Positions 51,503-64,000 of a stretch of 64,000 bases of DNA are shown here, piece after piece; the stretch's first letter is position 1, and each line of letters begins with the position of its first letter. The position numbers and the translations under genes are program-made. The notes under the pieces were generated by a model. The model saw only the letters and a program-made list of their open reading frames with translations, searched no databases and was not told where the DNA came from. Location of the stretch: contig OX597819.1 of the NCBI GenBank assembly GCA_951406725.2, positions 115,320,001 to 115,384,000 on the forward strand. The letters are read 5' to 3'. This stretch comes from Octopus vulgaris (taxonomy: Eukaryota).

Positions 51503-53253
51503 GTGATTTGGTAAGTAGCACTGATTTTTACAATTCTGTAAGTCACCGTGATTGTGACCGACCAGGCTATCAGATGTTGCTACACGTCGCTGGTCACAAT
51601 GCGCTTCGCATTGTTTTAGCCTTCAAATGACGCCACCCCGCTGGCTAAGCGAGCAGGCCAACAGAAGAAAGAGTGAGAGAAAGTTGTGGCGAAGGAGTAC
51701 AGCAGGGATCGCCACCACCCCCTGCCGGAGCCTTGTTGAGCTTCAGGTGTTTTCGCTCAATAAACACTCATAACGCCCAGTCTGGGAATCGAAACCGCGA
51801 TCCTATAACTGCGAGTCCGCTGCCCTAACCACTGGGCCATTGCGCCTCCACACAATTCTGTAAGTAATAATAATATTTTATAAGTTTTAGCCTTTAGCAT
51901 TCAAATTATTCTGTCATATTCACACTATTTGGAATTAATCAGGTATTATCTCATAGCTTTGAGATTTCAATGATGTGATTGTTTATTTTTAGAATGATAT
52001 TGCAGGGTAGGTGTGAGAAGCCAGATCCGGTCAGTTTAACCCTTTAGTATTTAAACCGGCCGTATCCGGCCAATATATTTAATCTGTTTTATGTTCAAAC
52101 TGACCAGATCCAGGCTCTCACACCTACCCTACAATGTTATTCTACATTGAGTAGTTACACCATCAAGATCTTGAAGATATGAGATAATGCATGATTAATT
52201 CAAATCAATGGGAATCAATAGGCATTATGTTTGATAGAATAATCATCATCATCATCATCATCGTTTAGCGTCTGCTTTCCATGCTAGCATGGGTTGGACG
52301 GTTCAACTGGGGTCTGGGAAGCCAAAAGGCTGCACCAGGCCCAGTTTGATCTGGCAATGTTTCTACGGCTGGATGCCCTTCCTAACGCCAACCACTCTGT
52401 GAGTGTAGTGGGTGCTTTTTACGTGCCACATGCACAGGTGCCAGATGTGCTTTCAAACGGCCACGATCGGATGGTGCTTTTTATGTGCCACCGGCACGGG
52501 GGCCAGGCGAGGCTGGCAACGGCCGAACGTTAAAGGGTTAACCCTTTAGTGTTTAGATTATTCTGTCAAATGTGAGGCTTATTTATTCACGTTGATATGA
52601 ATTAGTCATGCATTGTCTTGTAGTTTATAGATTTCAGTGATGTGATTTTTTTAGTTTTAGAATGACATGGTAGGGCTGAGGTGAGAGGCGAGATCTGGTC
52701 AGTTTCAATATAATACAGGTTAAATATTTTGGCCGGATATGGCCGGTTTGAATGCTAAAGGGTTAAACATAAAACAGGTAGGATACATGGGCCTGATATG
52801 GCCAGTTTAAATGCTAAAGGGTCAAAGTTTATAAGCAATCACCGTGTATTTACTAAGGAAAATAGGTCCCAGTATTAGACTATTTTCTTTAGTCAATACA
52901 TGATGATCGCTTATAAAATATCATTATTATTATTATTATTATTTACGAAATTGTAAAAATTGGCATAACTTATCAGATCATCATAGAAATCACACGTTTA
53001 TAAAAGCAACACTATGAAATTATAGTTCTTAAATTTGAGAGAACGAAGTGAGGGTGTTATGTTGGTGTAATGGTAGCATATTTGTCGCAAAAACATAGCG
53101 GTGTGGGTTCGAATCCCACATGTATGGAAAACCCACTTTTTTCTGTTGAGGGCTTATGTACCCCAGTATTAGACTATTATCTTTAGTCAGTACATGGTGA
53201 TCCACTTTAAGCTTATAAAATATTATTATTATTATTATTATTATTTACAGAAT
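51503..53253. mobile_element. Composite: tRNA-containing Penelope-like element with nested SINEs and piggyBac MITEs
   Basis: 18-bp flanking repeat 51485-51502 / 53254-53271. Inverted arm, direct repeat at ~52868 and ~53162, Pol III boxes at 53063-53116. Confidence 0.6.
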
Positions 53254-54346
53254 TATAAAACCTTATGTATGCATAAAATAACATATTTCAACTTCTTTAT
53301 CTAATTGCTTAAAATTATTAGCTTAAAGATATTTTCCACATCTTGTATATAAGTGCATACATTTTTCTTGTCTTCTTCCTTTTCCTAGAGGAAGAGCAAG
53401 AGAGGTGTCCGTGACTCTTTGGAACTTCTGTGACTGGTTGGAACAAGCTTTCCTTTTAAATCCAGTTTTTCTCATAAATCATTGTCATCATCATCATTTT
53501 AATGGCTATTTTTCCATGTTTGCATGGGTCAGACAATTTATTGAGGCAAATTTTCTGTCACCAACCTCATCTCTTTCCAAGCTAGGTGATATTTCCCCAT
53601 AGCCAGATCACTTTTCACAGAAGAAGAGAAACAACCAACACAACACACACACCACAATAAGCTTCTTTCAATTTCCATTTACCAAATCCACTCACAGGGT
53701 TTTGGTCAGCCCAAAGTGCCATGAAATGTGACTGAACCCAAAACCATGTTAAATCATAATTATTGTATGTATTGCAACGTTTCGTGATATTATCCATCCA
53801 TCTAAAAAAAGTATATCCTAAAATTACCTGATTTTGTTATTTCACATCCACGTGTGGTAAGTAGCTTGTTTACTAGCCACATGGTACCGGGTTCAGTCCC
53901 ACTGCGTGGCACCTTGGGCAAGTGTCTTCTACTATAGCCTTGTGAGTGGATTTGGTAGACGGAAACTGAAAGAAGCCTGTCGTATATATGTATATGTGTG
54001 TGTGTGCGTGTATGTTTGTGTTTGTCCCCCTAGCATTGCTTGACAACCGATGCTGGTGTGTTTATGTCCCCGTCACTTAGCGGTTCGGCAAAAGAGACCG
54101 ATAGAATAAGTACTGGGCTTACAAAGAATAAGTCCCAGGGTCGAGTTGCTCGATTAAAGGCGGTGCTCCAGCATGGCCGCAGTCAAATGACTGAAACAAG
54201 TAAAAGAATAAAAGAGAGAGAGAGAGAGAGTTCCATGCTAGCATGAATTGGATGGCTTGTCAGATTTTTTTTACTTGGGATTATTGTTCACTTAAATGTG
54301 TCTTGATGACCTTGTTTTGCATAGTTTCTCTAGCTAGGTACACCTA

Positions 54347-54801
54347 CGAGGGGTTTATGAAAAGCTTTCAGCCTCAAAAAACAAAACTTGGTACATAGGT
54401 GCAGGAGTGGCTTCTTTGCCAACCACATGGTTCCGGGTTCAGTCGCACTGCGTGGCACCTTGGGCAAGTGTCTTCTACTATAGCTTCGGGCCGACCAGGA
54501 CCTTGTGAGTGGATTTGGTGGACGGAGGCTGCGGGAGGCCCGTCGTATATATGTATATATATGTGTGCGTGTATGTTTGTGTTTGTCCCCCTAGCATTGC
54601 TTGACAACCGATGCTGGTGTGTTTATGTCCCTGTCACCTAGCGGTTCGGCAAAAGAGACCAATAGAATAAGTCTTGGGGGTTGAGTTGCTCGATTAAAGG
54701 CGGTGCTCCAGCATGGCCGCAGTCAAATGACTGAAACAAGTAAAAGAAAAAGAAAGAAAGAAAGAAGACTTCAAGGCTCAAAACTTTTCATACACCCCTC
54801 A
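54347..54801. mobile_element. Mariner-type MITE with nested family A SINE
   Basis: TA|CGAGGGG.TATGAAAAG...CTTTTCATACACCCCTCA|TA. Confidence 0.75.
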
Positions 54802-54994
54802 TAACACCAAATGTCTAATTTGGGATGAACGACAGTGTGACATCAGCTACCTGGAACCTGACAGAATTGTGTTAAGTTGTTAGGTTGCTTCCCCTTTTGA
54901 TTTTCTTTTGAATTGACTTAAAATTCCTGTCCATCATTTGTTCATAATAAAATCAACTTTTTGTGGATAATCCATTATGGATAGTTTAATCAGT

Positions 54995-55335
54995 CATTAC
55001 CCTGCATGCAAAAGCAAAGTAATGTAGTTGCACGTCTTTGTCTGTGTGTTTGCAAAATTACTTTGTCTGTGTGTTTTCAAAATTACTGGAAAACGGTTGA
55101 ACTGATTTTCACCAAACTTGGCAGAAATACTCATTGGGTGAGTGGCTCAAACTCATTATTTTGGTTTGATTATCTTCAAAACTGGTGGATGAGGGAATCA
55201 AAATATTTTTTTTTTCTTTGTTACATGTGCATAAACGATATGAATTCGTCTGAAATTTTTTTTTTATCCTTGTGTGTGCACAGGGTATGCATTGCCCTTC
55301 CGACGCTCCCCCCTTTTTTTTCCTTCATTTTTTAA
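54995..55335 (+). mobile_element. Helentron-associated (HINE-like) element
   Basis: Subterminal inverted taccctg(t)gca / tgcacagggta, gtctgt repeats, T-rich 3' flank. Confidence 0.5.
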
Positions 55336-55425
55336 TGTGATTTCTTTACAGCAAAAGAATAACGATATTATACATATATGTTTGTAATTTTATGTACTTA
55401 ATTGTTGTCATTGCTATTATTTCAG

Positions 55426-55510
55426 AAAAAATCGCCGAACGGCTGTTACTAAGCAGAGAGCTTCCCGAAGAGAAAACCTTATTAATGCCCGGCGGAATGT
55501 CAATATGTAG
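55426..55510 (+). CDS. NUSAP1: NUSAP1 exon 8 (stop)
   Basis: RKNRRTAVTKQRASRRENLINARRNVNM-TAG, AATAAA 55528-55533. The 8 exons total 1434 nt, in frame. Confidence 0.88.
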
Positions 55511-55686
55511 TAATATGATGTTATGAAAATAAAATCACCTGTATCACATTCGAATGTTAGATTTGGAACCTTCACAAGATTCTAAGTCTAATGAGTTTTA
55601 ACTAGTATTTTCATTATTACTACATTTTATCAATGAAACAGATAAATAAATGTAGTGATTGCTTTTTCTGTCTTTAGTTATGGTTT

Positions 55687-56132
<446 letters not shown>

Positions 56133-56144
56133 TTTGGACTAGTT

Positions 56145-56340
56145 ATGTTTAATAAAAAATAATTTATATACCTAAGTTTTCGCATCTTCTCCTTCGAAAT
56201 AGTCACCTTGCACAGCAATGCACTGGTCCTGGTGTTCCTACCACTTTTGGAATTTGGCCTGGAAGTTGTTTTCTGTAAGCAAATCAAAAAGACCTTCAGT
56301 GATTCGCTCTTGATTTCGACAACAGTGATCTTTGAGCTGC
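56145..56340 (-). mobile_element. Mariner transposase C-terminal relic (similar relic on + at ~36900-37085)
   Basis: [19 protein letters not shown]. Confidence 0.65.
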
Positions 56341-58374
56341 GTTTTCATCAGTTCAGATAGGCTTCTTTCAGTTTCCATCTACCATATCCACTCACAAAAC
56401 TTTGGTTGGCCCCAGGCTGTAGTAGAAGACACTTGCATAAGGTGCCATGCCATGGGACTGAACCCAGAAACATGTGATTGGGAAGCAAATTTCTTACCAC
56501 ACAACCACACCTGTGCTTCATACTATATGCATGTGAGTGTATATATATTTATGTATGTATGTTATATAGCCATCTATATACTGTAGTTGATGTAAATACA
56601 TTGTTGAAATACAAATTTAGTGCAGTTTTCGTCCTGAGAGACATCTGTTATGGACCTGCTGTGTTTAGTATCACAATATGTATCTGTAAGAGACAAGAAG
56701 TCCCAGCAGTGGTTAATGAGTAAACCAAATGCTGTTTGACCTGTTGGGCCTTGTCAGTCATGCATACTCATGGCCAGCTACATGCCTAGTTGTAGTAAAA
56801 CTGAAATATATTCAATGGTATTGTTGCTATATGCAACAGATAATGGTTTTCATATAAATTCTGTTTTTATTGTTAAAAATGTATCATTGTTTGCTTCCGG
56901 TGAAACATGTTTAGAAGTAAATGACTCTTACTCTTTACTTGTTTCAGTCATTTGACTGTGGCCATGCTGGAGCACTGCCTTTAGTCGAGAAAATAGACAC
57001 CAGGAATTATTCTTTGTAAGCCTAGTACATATTCTATCGGTCTTTTGCCGAACCACTAAGTTATGGGGACATAAACACACTATCATCGGTTGTCAAGCGA
57101 TGTTGGGGGGACAAACATACGCGCACCCACACATATATACGACGGGCTTCTTTCAGTTTCCGTCTACCAAATCCACTCACAAGGCTTTGGTGGGCCTGAG
57201 GCTATAGTAGAAGACACCTACCCAAGGTGTCACGCAGTGGGACTGAACCCGGAACCATATGGTTGGTAAGCAAGCTACTTACCACACAGCCACTCATGCA
57301 CCTCAGAATTGAATCTCTTTTTCTTTTTTTTTTTTTATATGGCTTTCTTACCCCCACCTCTTGGGCCAACCAATCCCTTCTGAGTTGATTTGGTAGATGG
57401 AAACTGAAAGAAACCTATTGTGTGTGTGTGTCTGTCTGTCAGTCCCCCCAACCATCGCTTGACAACTGATGTTGGTGTTTACATCCCTGTAACTTATCAG
57501 TTCGGCAAAAGAGATCTGATGGAATAGGTACTAGGCTTACAAAGAATAAGTCATGATATCATTTTCTTTAACTAAAACACCCTTTAAGGCAGTGCTCCAG
57601 CATGGCTGCAGTTAAATGACTGAAACAAATAAAAGAATATACATACATAGAGTGATTCATATAATCTTGAGATTTTGTATATATTCCTTTCTACCAGTGT
57701 ATAACTGGTACATATTTCATTGACCCCAAAAAGTTGAAAAGCAAACTCGATCTTAGCGGGATTTGAACTCAGAATGTAAGGATGGATGAAATGCCGCTAA
57801 GCATTTTGCCTGGCATGCTAATGATTCTGCCAGTTTGCCACCTTAGACATTGTATATATTAAATCATATTTGCCATTTAAGTCAGTTCAATTATTGAACA
57901 TTTGATAGAATGCACATAAAACATTTGATAGTAGTTGCAGGCCATTGTTACTGGCTAATTCATAATTTGCTCTTTGCAGACAGATCATAAACTAAGTACA
58001 ATTGCTGGGATTTCAGGATCTATGTAATGGTACAGTAGCAATGCCTCTAGTCAAAATATTTTGTTTGTTGGGTGAGGCTAATAAATTGTTCTTACCTCCC
58101 TTAGTCTCTATATATAACTTATCCTTATTGTTAATACAGAAGTATGCTGAATACTTTATTTGTTGAAGATATTGTACTTTTTTTTTTCCAATAAATTACC
58201 TTTAACTTGTCTGTATTGCTACCAATATATATAGATATATGTGTGTGTGTGTAAATTAGAAAAAAAAAACCACCTTTTATCACCATCTAATTTATATAAT
58301 ATTTTGTGAAATTTGATTTAGTATTTCTAAATTGAATTTTTCCCTGTAAGTTTGGAATATTATTCCCTCATATT

Positions 58375-58486
58375 ATTATAATATATATATATACTATAAT
58401 ATATATATATATACTATAATATATATATATATACTATAATATATATATATATACTATAATATATATATATATACTATAATATATAT

Positions 58487-58531
<45 letters not shown>

Positions 58532-58550
58532 ATATATATATATATATATT
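58375..58550. repeat. 20-bp ATATATATATATACTATAAT minisatellite decaying into (TA)n
   Basis: Direct reading. Confidence 0.9.
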
Positions 58551-60547
58551 GTTGTATTTCGGAAAGGTCATTTTGTCAGTTTAGCCAATAAAAACACACG
58601 CACTATATATTTGGTGTTACTTTACTTCAGTGTTATTTATTTTTTACATTAATCTTAATCTTGCACAACAAATATATATATAATCAGAGAATGTCAAGTT
58701 AACTTATTACTTATTGATTGCTATCTGTTTAGACTAAATATGCTTGCTTGTTTTATTTCAACCACACATCACTATTGCTTCATTTGACTTCATTTACAGC
58801 CATTGAGGTAGACTTGAATTGTGATGCTGCAGAGGGTGGTTTCCTCTACTCTGTCCATGGGGTTTTTTGGATAACCGGTGGTCATCGGCCTTTTTAGTCC
58901 AGCTAAATTCATTGTGTGGCTGCATGCTAAAAATATTATATAATTGCTTCTTTGGTTTGCTGTCCAATTACTTTACACTTACAAACTTAGCCTTTGTAAC
59001 ATCTAACTATTATAAGATTAAGTTTACCTTAATTGTAAACCTATTTTCCCTTGTTTTCGAACAAGGTGCATCTTTCACCTACAATTAATATTCAGTAACA
59101 CACTTTTTATGTTTTTATCCTTTTTAAGGTAGGATTTAATAAGAAATTTTACCATTTTCAAAATGTTTTCTTTTTTACTTTATACATTTTATTTTGTTAT
59201 AAAATATATTTCTGCAATACATTTATTGTATTTTTGTTTTGTCTCCAATTAATTTTTATTTAAAATTTTAAATAATCTTGACAATTGAATTGCACTAAAT
59301 ACTTCAACTTGATTCCTGCAATCAATTTAGGTCAGATATTGGTTTTTTTATCTTTTTCTTAAGATTTGGAAGTGTGCTTTTACTGTAATTACTAGAAAAA
59401 GAATGTATCTTTTCTTATATACAACTTGACCTGCTCAACCTTTGCGCCAATACATAACACAACACATTGAATTTTTCCCTGTAAGTTTGGAATAATATTC
59501 CCTCATATTATAATATATATATATATATACAACACAACCGGCCTACCCTTTGAGCCAATACCCAGATAGTCTTGACTGTTCATGACTTAAAGTGAAGTGT
59601 TCAAGTTAACTAAAACCATATTATGACAGCTGTCAAATCACTTTTTCATTACCCCAAACTAATTTGTTTTTACCTTTTTGATCTTTTTTTTTTTTAAATC
59701 TTGTCAGGAGATTGAAATTTTATATACTTTATTTTATATTCGTATCTTTGGCTTTATTTTTAACTTGACTTTTGAACCACTCTTACAAACTATATGGAGT
59801 AACTTCACATTAAGGAGGGGAATGTACAATTTTCTGTAATTCACTCTGCCTCAAGGTCCCAGCAGACAAAGATGGGAAAGACAATGTCCTAGGAGATGCA
59901 CTGAAACAGTTACTCTGACTCATTGGGCTCGCTCTTGTGGGTAGTCATCTCTGCTGTTATAGTGAGCAGGGATATAGTCTGGGGGTCGAAAACGCAGCAG
60001 GTCTTCACTGCCAGAGGCTTGACCATAAATATAAGTTTGTTGAAGAAATATTTCCAGAACTCTTGAGATTTTTGGACTATAATTTGAAGTAGAATTATCA
60101 ATCCTAGTAATAATATTGAATTGTCCGAGAGCCAACATTTAAAGAAAGGACTGATTTTGAAAGATTTTGGAATTTTATATAATTATGTAGAAAATATTTG
60201 CCTTTAGTCACGGCAGAGTTTATATTATTGGAATACTGAAGGCTGATGAGTTTGAGACAATATTAATACTAATAACTCTAAGAGTATTTAGTCTTTATCA
60301 TCAATGTTTTAGCATCCATTTTTCCATGCTTGTATGGGTTGGGCAGAATTCATCAAGGCAAATTTTCTATGGCTGGATGCCCTTCCTGTGGCCAACTCTA
60401 AACTGTTTCCTTGGAAGGTATTGAAACCTCTTCAGAAGATCATAAGTGTTCTTTCTCCTTTGGTTAAACTGCTTAAAGTCAAATGTTTTAGCAACAATGG
60501 GAGATGAATTTCATAAATGCTGTCCTGGGTTAAGAGGGTGGCCTATG

Positions 60548-60969
60548 TTTGCACCATGCCACACAAACAGGAGAACCCAGTCATGGCTGTCAGACAATTT
60601 CTGTGACCACACCACCTCTACATCTGGCCATCTAACTCCCCAGACTGCAACCCCCTTGATTATTATGTGTGGGGTGCAGTAGAGTAAGAGACCAACAAAA
60701 CTCCTTGTAACACCAAAGATGAACTAGAGGCAAAGATTATGGCAGCATTCACCAACTTAAACAAGGAGACTGTCCAAAAGAGTTGCAGGAGATTCCGAAG
60801 TCATCTGGAGACCATGATTGAAGCCAATGGCAATTTTATTGAATAAATTTCCTCTTTAGTATTTCAAGATATTTTCATCTAATTTTGGTAAATATATCTG
60901 TTAAAATGAGATATCAGTGTTATTTTCATCTTTGCATAATTTAGATGGCAATTTATTCACCATACCCTG
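60548..60969 (+). mobile_element. Tc1/mariner-superfamily (maT-like) transposase 3' relic
   Basis: WPSNSPDCNPLDYYVWGAVE...CRRFRSHLETMIEANGNFIE*, ends ccctg|ta. Confidence 0.85.
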
Positions 60970-61506
60970 TACAAGCATTTCTAGCCATAGGGAAATATTA
61001 CCTTGCTTGGGAACAGGTGAGTGTTGGCAACAAGGGTATCTAACTGTAGAAAGTCTGGCTCACTGAATTCTATCTCATCTTTGTAAGCATAAAAAAATAG
61101 ACATGGAAATGATGATTGTCCAATATGATTAGTTAAACAATTGGTTTCTTAATCACATGGTTTTGGATTTTGTCCTATTGCACAGTGCCTTGGACAAGTG
61201 TCTTCTGTTGTAACCCTGGGCCAACCAAAGTCTTTTGAGTGGATTTGGTAGATGGAATATCTACTGAGTATATATAAATATGATTCATATTATATAATTG
61301 ACTTCATTTGTTTTTCGTAGATGCTATTTTAAATTCAAGTTAATTTGTTACTGAAGCATTGACAAGCAATAGACTGTATCCCTTCTATTCCTGTCTCTAT
61401 TAAGTAGGGACAATGGTATCTGTCAAGGTAACAGAACCAACCTTTTGAAGAATTGCTCTGTTGTCTTTTGAGTAAATTGCAAATTATTTTTTGAACAACT
61501 AAATGA

Positions 61507-61919
61507 ATACAGTTCTATTTTAAGAGATGAGGAATTATGTACATTATTTACATTCGATATTTGTCCTCATCTTGTTTGTTAACACGTTTTGGCTGATATA
61601 CCCTCCAGCCTTCTTCAGGTATCTTGGAGAAATTTCGAACCCGGGTTCTCATTCCTAAGGTATTTTTTTGATGTTATTATTATTATTATTGTGCCCACAG
61701 GCATATGGCGTAGTGGTTAAGAGCACAGGCTACTAACCCCAAGATTCTGAGTTCGATTCCAAGCAGTGACCTGAACAATAATAATATCAAAAAATACCTT
61801 AGGAACGAGAACCTAGGTTCGAAATTTCCCCAAGACACTTGAACAAGGCTGGAGGGTATATCAGCCAAAATGTATTAACAACAAACAAGATGACAAATAT
61901 CTGTTGAATGTAAATAATG
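61507..61919 (+). mobile_element. tRNA-headed, hammerhead-bearing fold-back retroelement
   Basis: 10-bp TSD AACTAAATGA, inverted arms 61542-61691 / 61776-61919, A box 61706-61716, B box 61749-61760, HHR-like core 61618-61586 (-). Confidence 0.75.
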
Positions 61920-64000
61920 AACTAAATGAGTGTTTTATCAACACTTTATGCATATAGCCAATGGCAGCAATTGCCCATCTATTTTTATTTTGAGACTTTT
62001 AAAGCTTTGTCATGTGTTGAGTTGAAAACCAGATTTTAATTATGTAATGAAATGAGCATTGTGGAAACAGATGTGAACTTTTAGTTAAGCAGAAGTTATA
62101 GGCATTAAAATGACATTGTTGGGTAGAATGTTTTGTGGTATTCGTTTCAAATACCTAGACTTTGAATTCAAATCTCACTGAAGTCTATTTTGCTTCTATC
62201 TTAGGAGCTGATAAAAATATCAGTGCAGGGCACTGAACTTATGGAATTGTCATGGTAAGATGTGATGCCTTGCGTTATCTGTTCCAGCCCTCTGCATTTT
62301 GAGTTCAAATTCGCTCATGTGCTGTTACTTGCAACACCAGTAACTGTTTATTCACTGTTATTCATCATCATCATCGTTTTACGTCCGCTTTCCATGCTGG
62401 CATGGGTTGGACGATTTGACTGAGGACTGGCGAACCAGATGGCTGCACCAGGTTCCAATCTGATCTGGCAAAGTCTCTACAACTGGATGCCCTTCCTAAC
62501 ACCAACCACTCCAAGAGTGTAGTAGGTGCTTTTACGTGCCACCGGCACGAGGGCCAGTCAGGCGGTACTGGCAACGGCTACACTCAAATGTTGCTTTTTA
62601 TGTGCCACCTGCACAGAAGCCAGTCCAGCGGCATTGGCAACGATCTCGCTCGAATACATTCGTATAAAATCTTCAATATCATTTGGCCTTGAAATCCATG
62701 TTTTCATCAATGACAATGGGTTTTCTTTACACATACTGGCTGTGAGTACATTATTGCAAATGCCCAACAAAGCCAAAATGCATGAAGTGTTCTCACTGCT
62801 GTAAAGCAAGAGCCACTGGAGACCCTACTGTCCAACATTACCGACCATGTCAGATATACAAATTACCTTTTTGATATTACTTAAAAAAAAAACAAAAAAA
62901 AAAACACCATCCGAGCATGGCCGTTCGCCAGCCTCGTCTGGCACATGTGTCGGTGGCACATAAAATCACCCACTACACTCTCGGAGTGGTTGGCGTTAGG
63001 AAGGGCATCCAGCTATAGAAACACTGCCAGATCTGACTGGCCTGGTGCAGCCTTCGGGCTCCTCAGACCCCAGTTGAACCGTCCAACCCATGCTAGCATG
63101 GAAAGCGGACGTTAAATGATGATGACTACATCTGTTTACCATCTCTTGGATCTGCACTAAGTTTGCGTGGTGACAGCTCTTTCTGTCTCAAATTCTATCA
63201 ACACTGGTGAGTCCCAGGATTCAGTTTTATGATTTTACACATCAATGCTTTGCTTCCCATCACGTCTTCTATGTCCAATGCTGGCCATGCTTATACACTT
63301 AATACTATTCTTTGTTCCTTCCTAGCATTCCCAATATGTATGTCGTTTACAATCACTACATGACAAACCTGGGTTGATTCCATGGGTGGAGGTTCCATTT
63401 GATTCTATGAATGCTATGGCCCTACTGGAGGTCTCTACTCATGTCTCAGTAGCAAAAAACATGAGCAGTATTGCCACAAAGTTGCTTCAATATTAGGCCC
63501 TCAGAATTTCATGAGTATCTCACTCAGTAAAAGCACATCCTAAAAATGTTAATTCCCAGGAGTGGCTGTGTGGTAAGTAGCTTGCTTACCGATCACATGG
63601 TTCTGGGTTCAGTCCCAGTGCATGGCATCTTGGGCAAGTGTCTTCTACTATAGCCTCAGGCCGACCAAAGCTTTGTGAGTGGATTTGGGAGACGGGAACT
63701 GAAAGAAGCCCATCATATATATGTGTGTGTCTGTGTTTGTGTACCCCCCACCAACATTGCTTGACAACTGATGCTGGTGTGTTTACGTCCCTGTAACTTA
63801 GCAGTTCGGCAAAAGGGACCGATAGAATAAGTCCTGGGGTCGATTTGCTTGACTAAAGGCAGTGCTCCAGCATGGCCGCAGTCAAATGACTGAAACAAGT
63901 AAAATCACTTTGTCATTGTAAAGCTGGTGTTTAGTACATAAATTGACATGAGATATTCATGAAAAGTTTTTATGTACATCACTTCAAAACAGGAAGTTTG

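Noticed and set aside
53058-53125. tRNA gene (also 61700-61770)
   Set aside because: A and B boxes are present, but acceptor and anticodon stems do not pair properly and both sit inside TSD-bounded elements.
62655-63530. Possible host exons on the minus strand
   Set aside because: Multiple stops and frameshifts with weak LINE-like remnants, and no consistent splice structure.

Overview
Eukaryotic, AT-rich, very repeat-dense DNA. The SINE families, microsatellite load and gene content point to an octopus (inference). The supplied ORF track ignores splicing and is mostly spurious. Genes were reconstructed by hand from GT-AG junctions. (1) A 6-exon secreted S1 (chymotrypsin-type) serine protease on + (2545-8711, 259 aa, intact triad) whose start codon is TTG, followed by a tandem pseudogene paralog (~9548-11950). 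(2) A single-coding-exon C2H2 zinc-finger gene on - (14570-15514). (3) An 8-exon NUSAP1 orthologue on + (29945-55510, 477 aa) with a CCAAT/CHR-type promoter. The rest is CR1/L2/RTE LINE fragments, mariner/Tc1 relics, piggyBac- and Merlin-like MITEs, Helitrons, four SINE-like families and microsatellites. Most notable observations: a recurring class of fold-back elements with degenerate hammerhead-like cores and/or tRNA-type Pol III heads (Penelope/retrozyme-like); a possible decayed nad5-like relic with unexpected strand skew; the non-AUG protease start; a templated inverted insertion; and inverted SINEs bracketing a symmetric NUSAP1 exon. All calls are by eye, with no database searches run.
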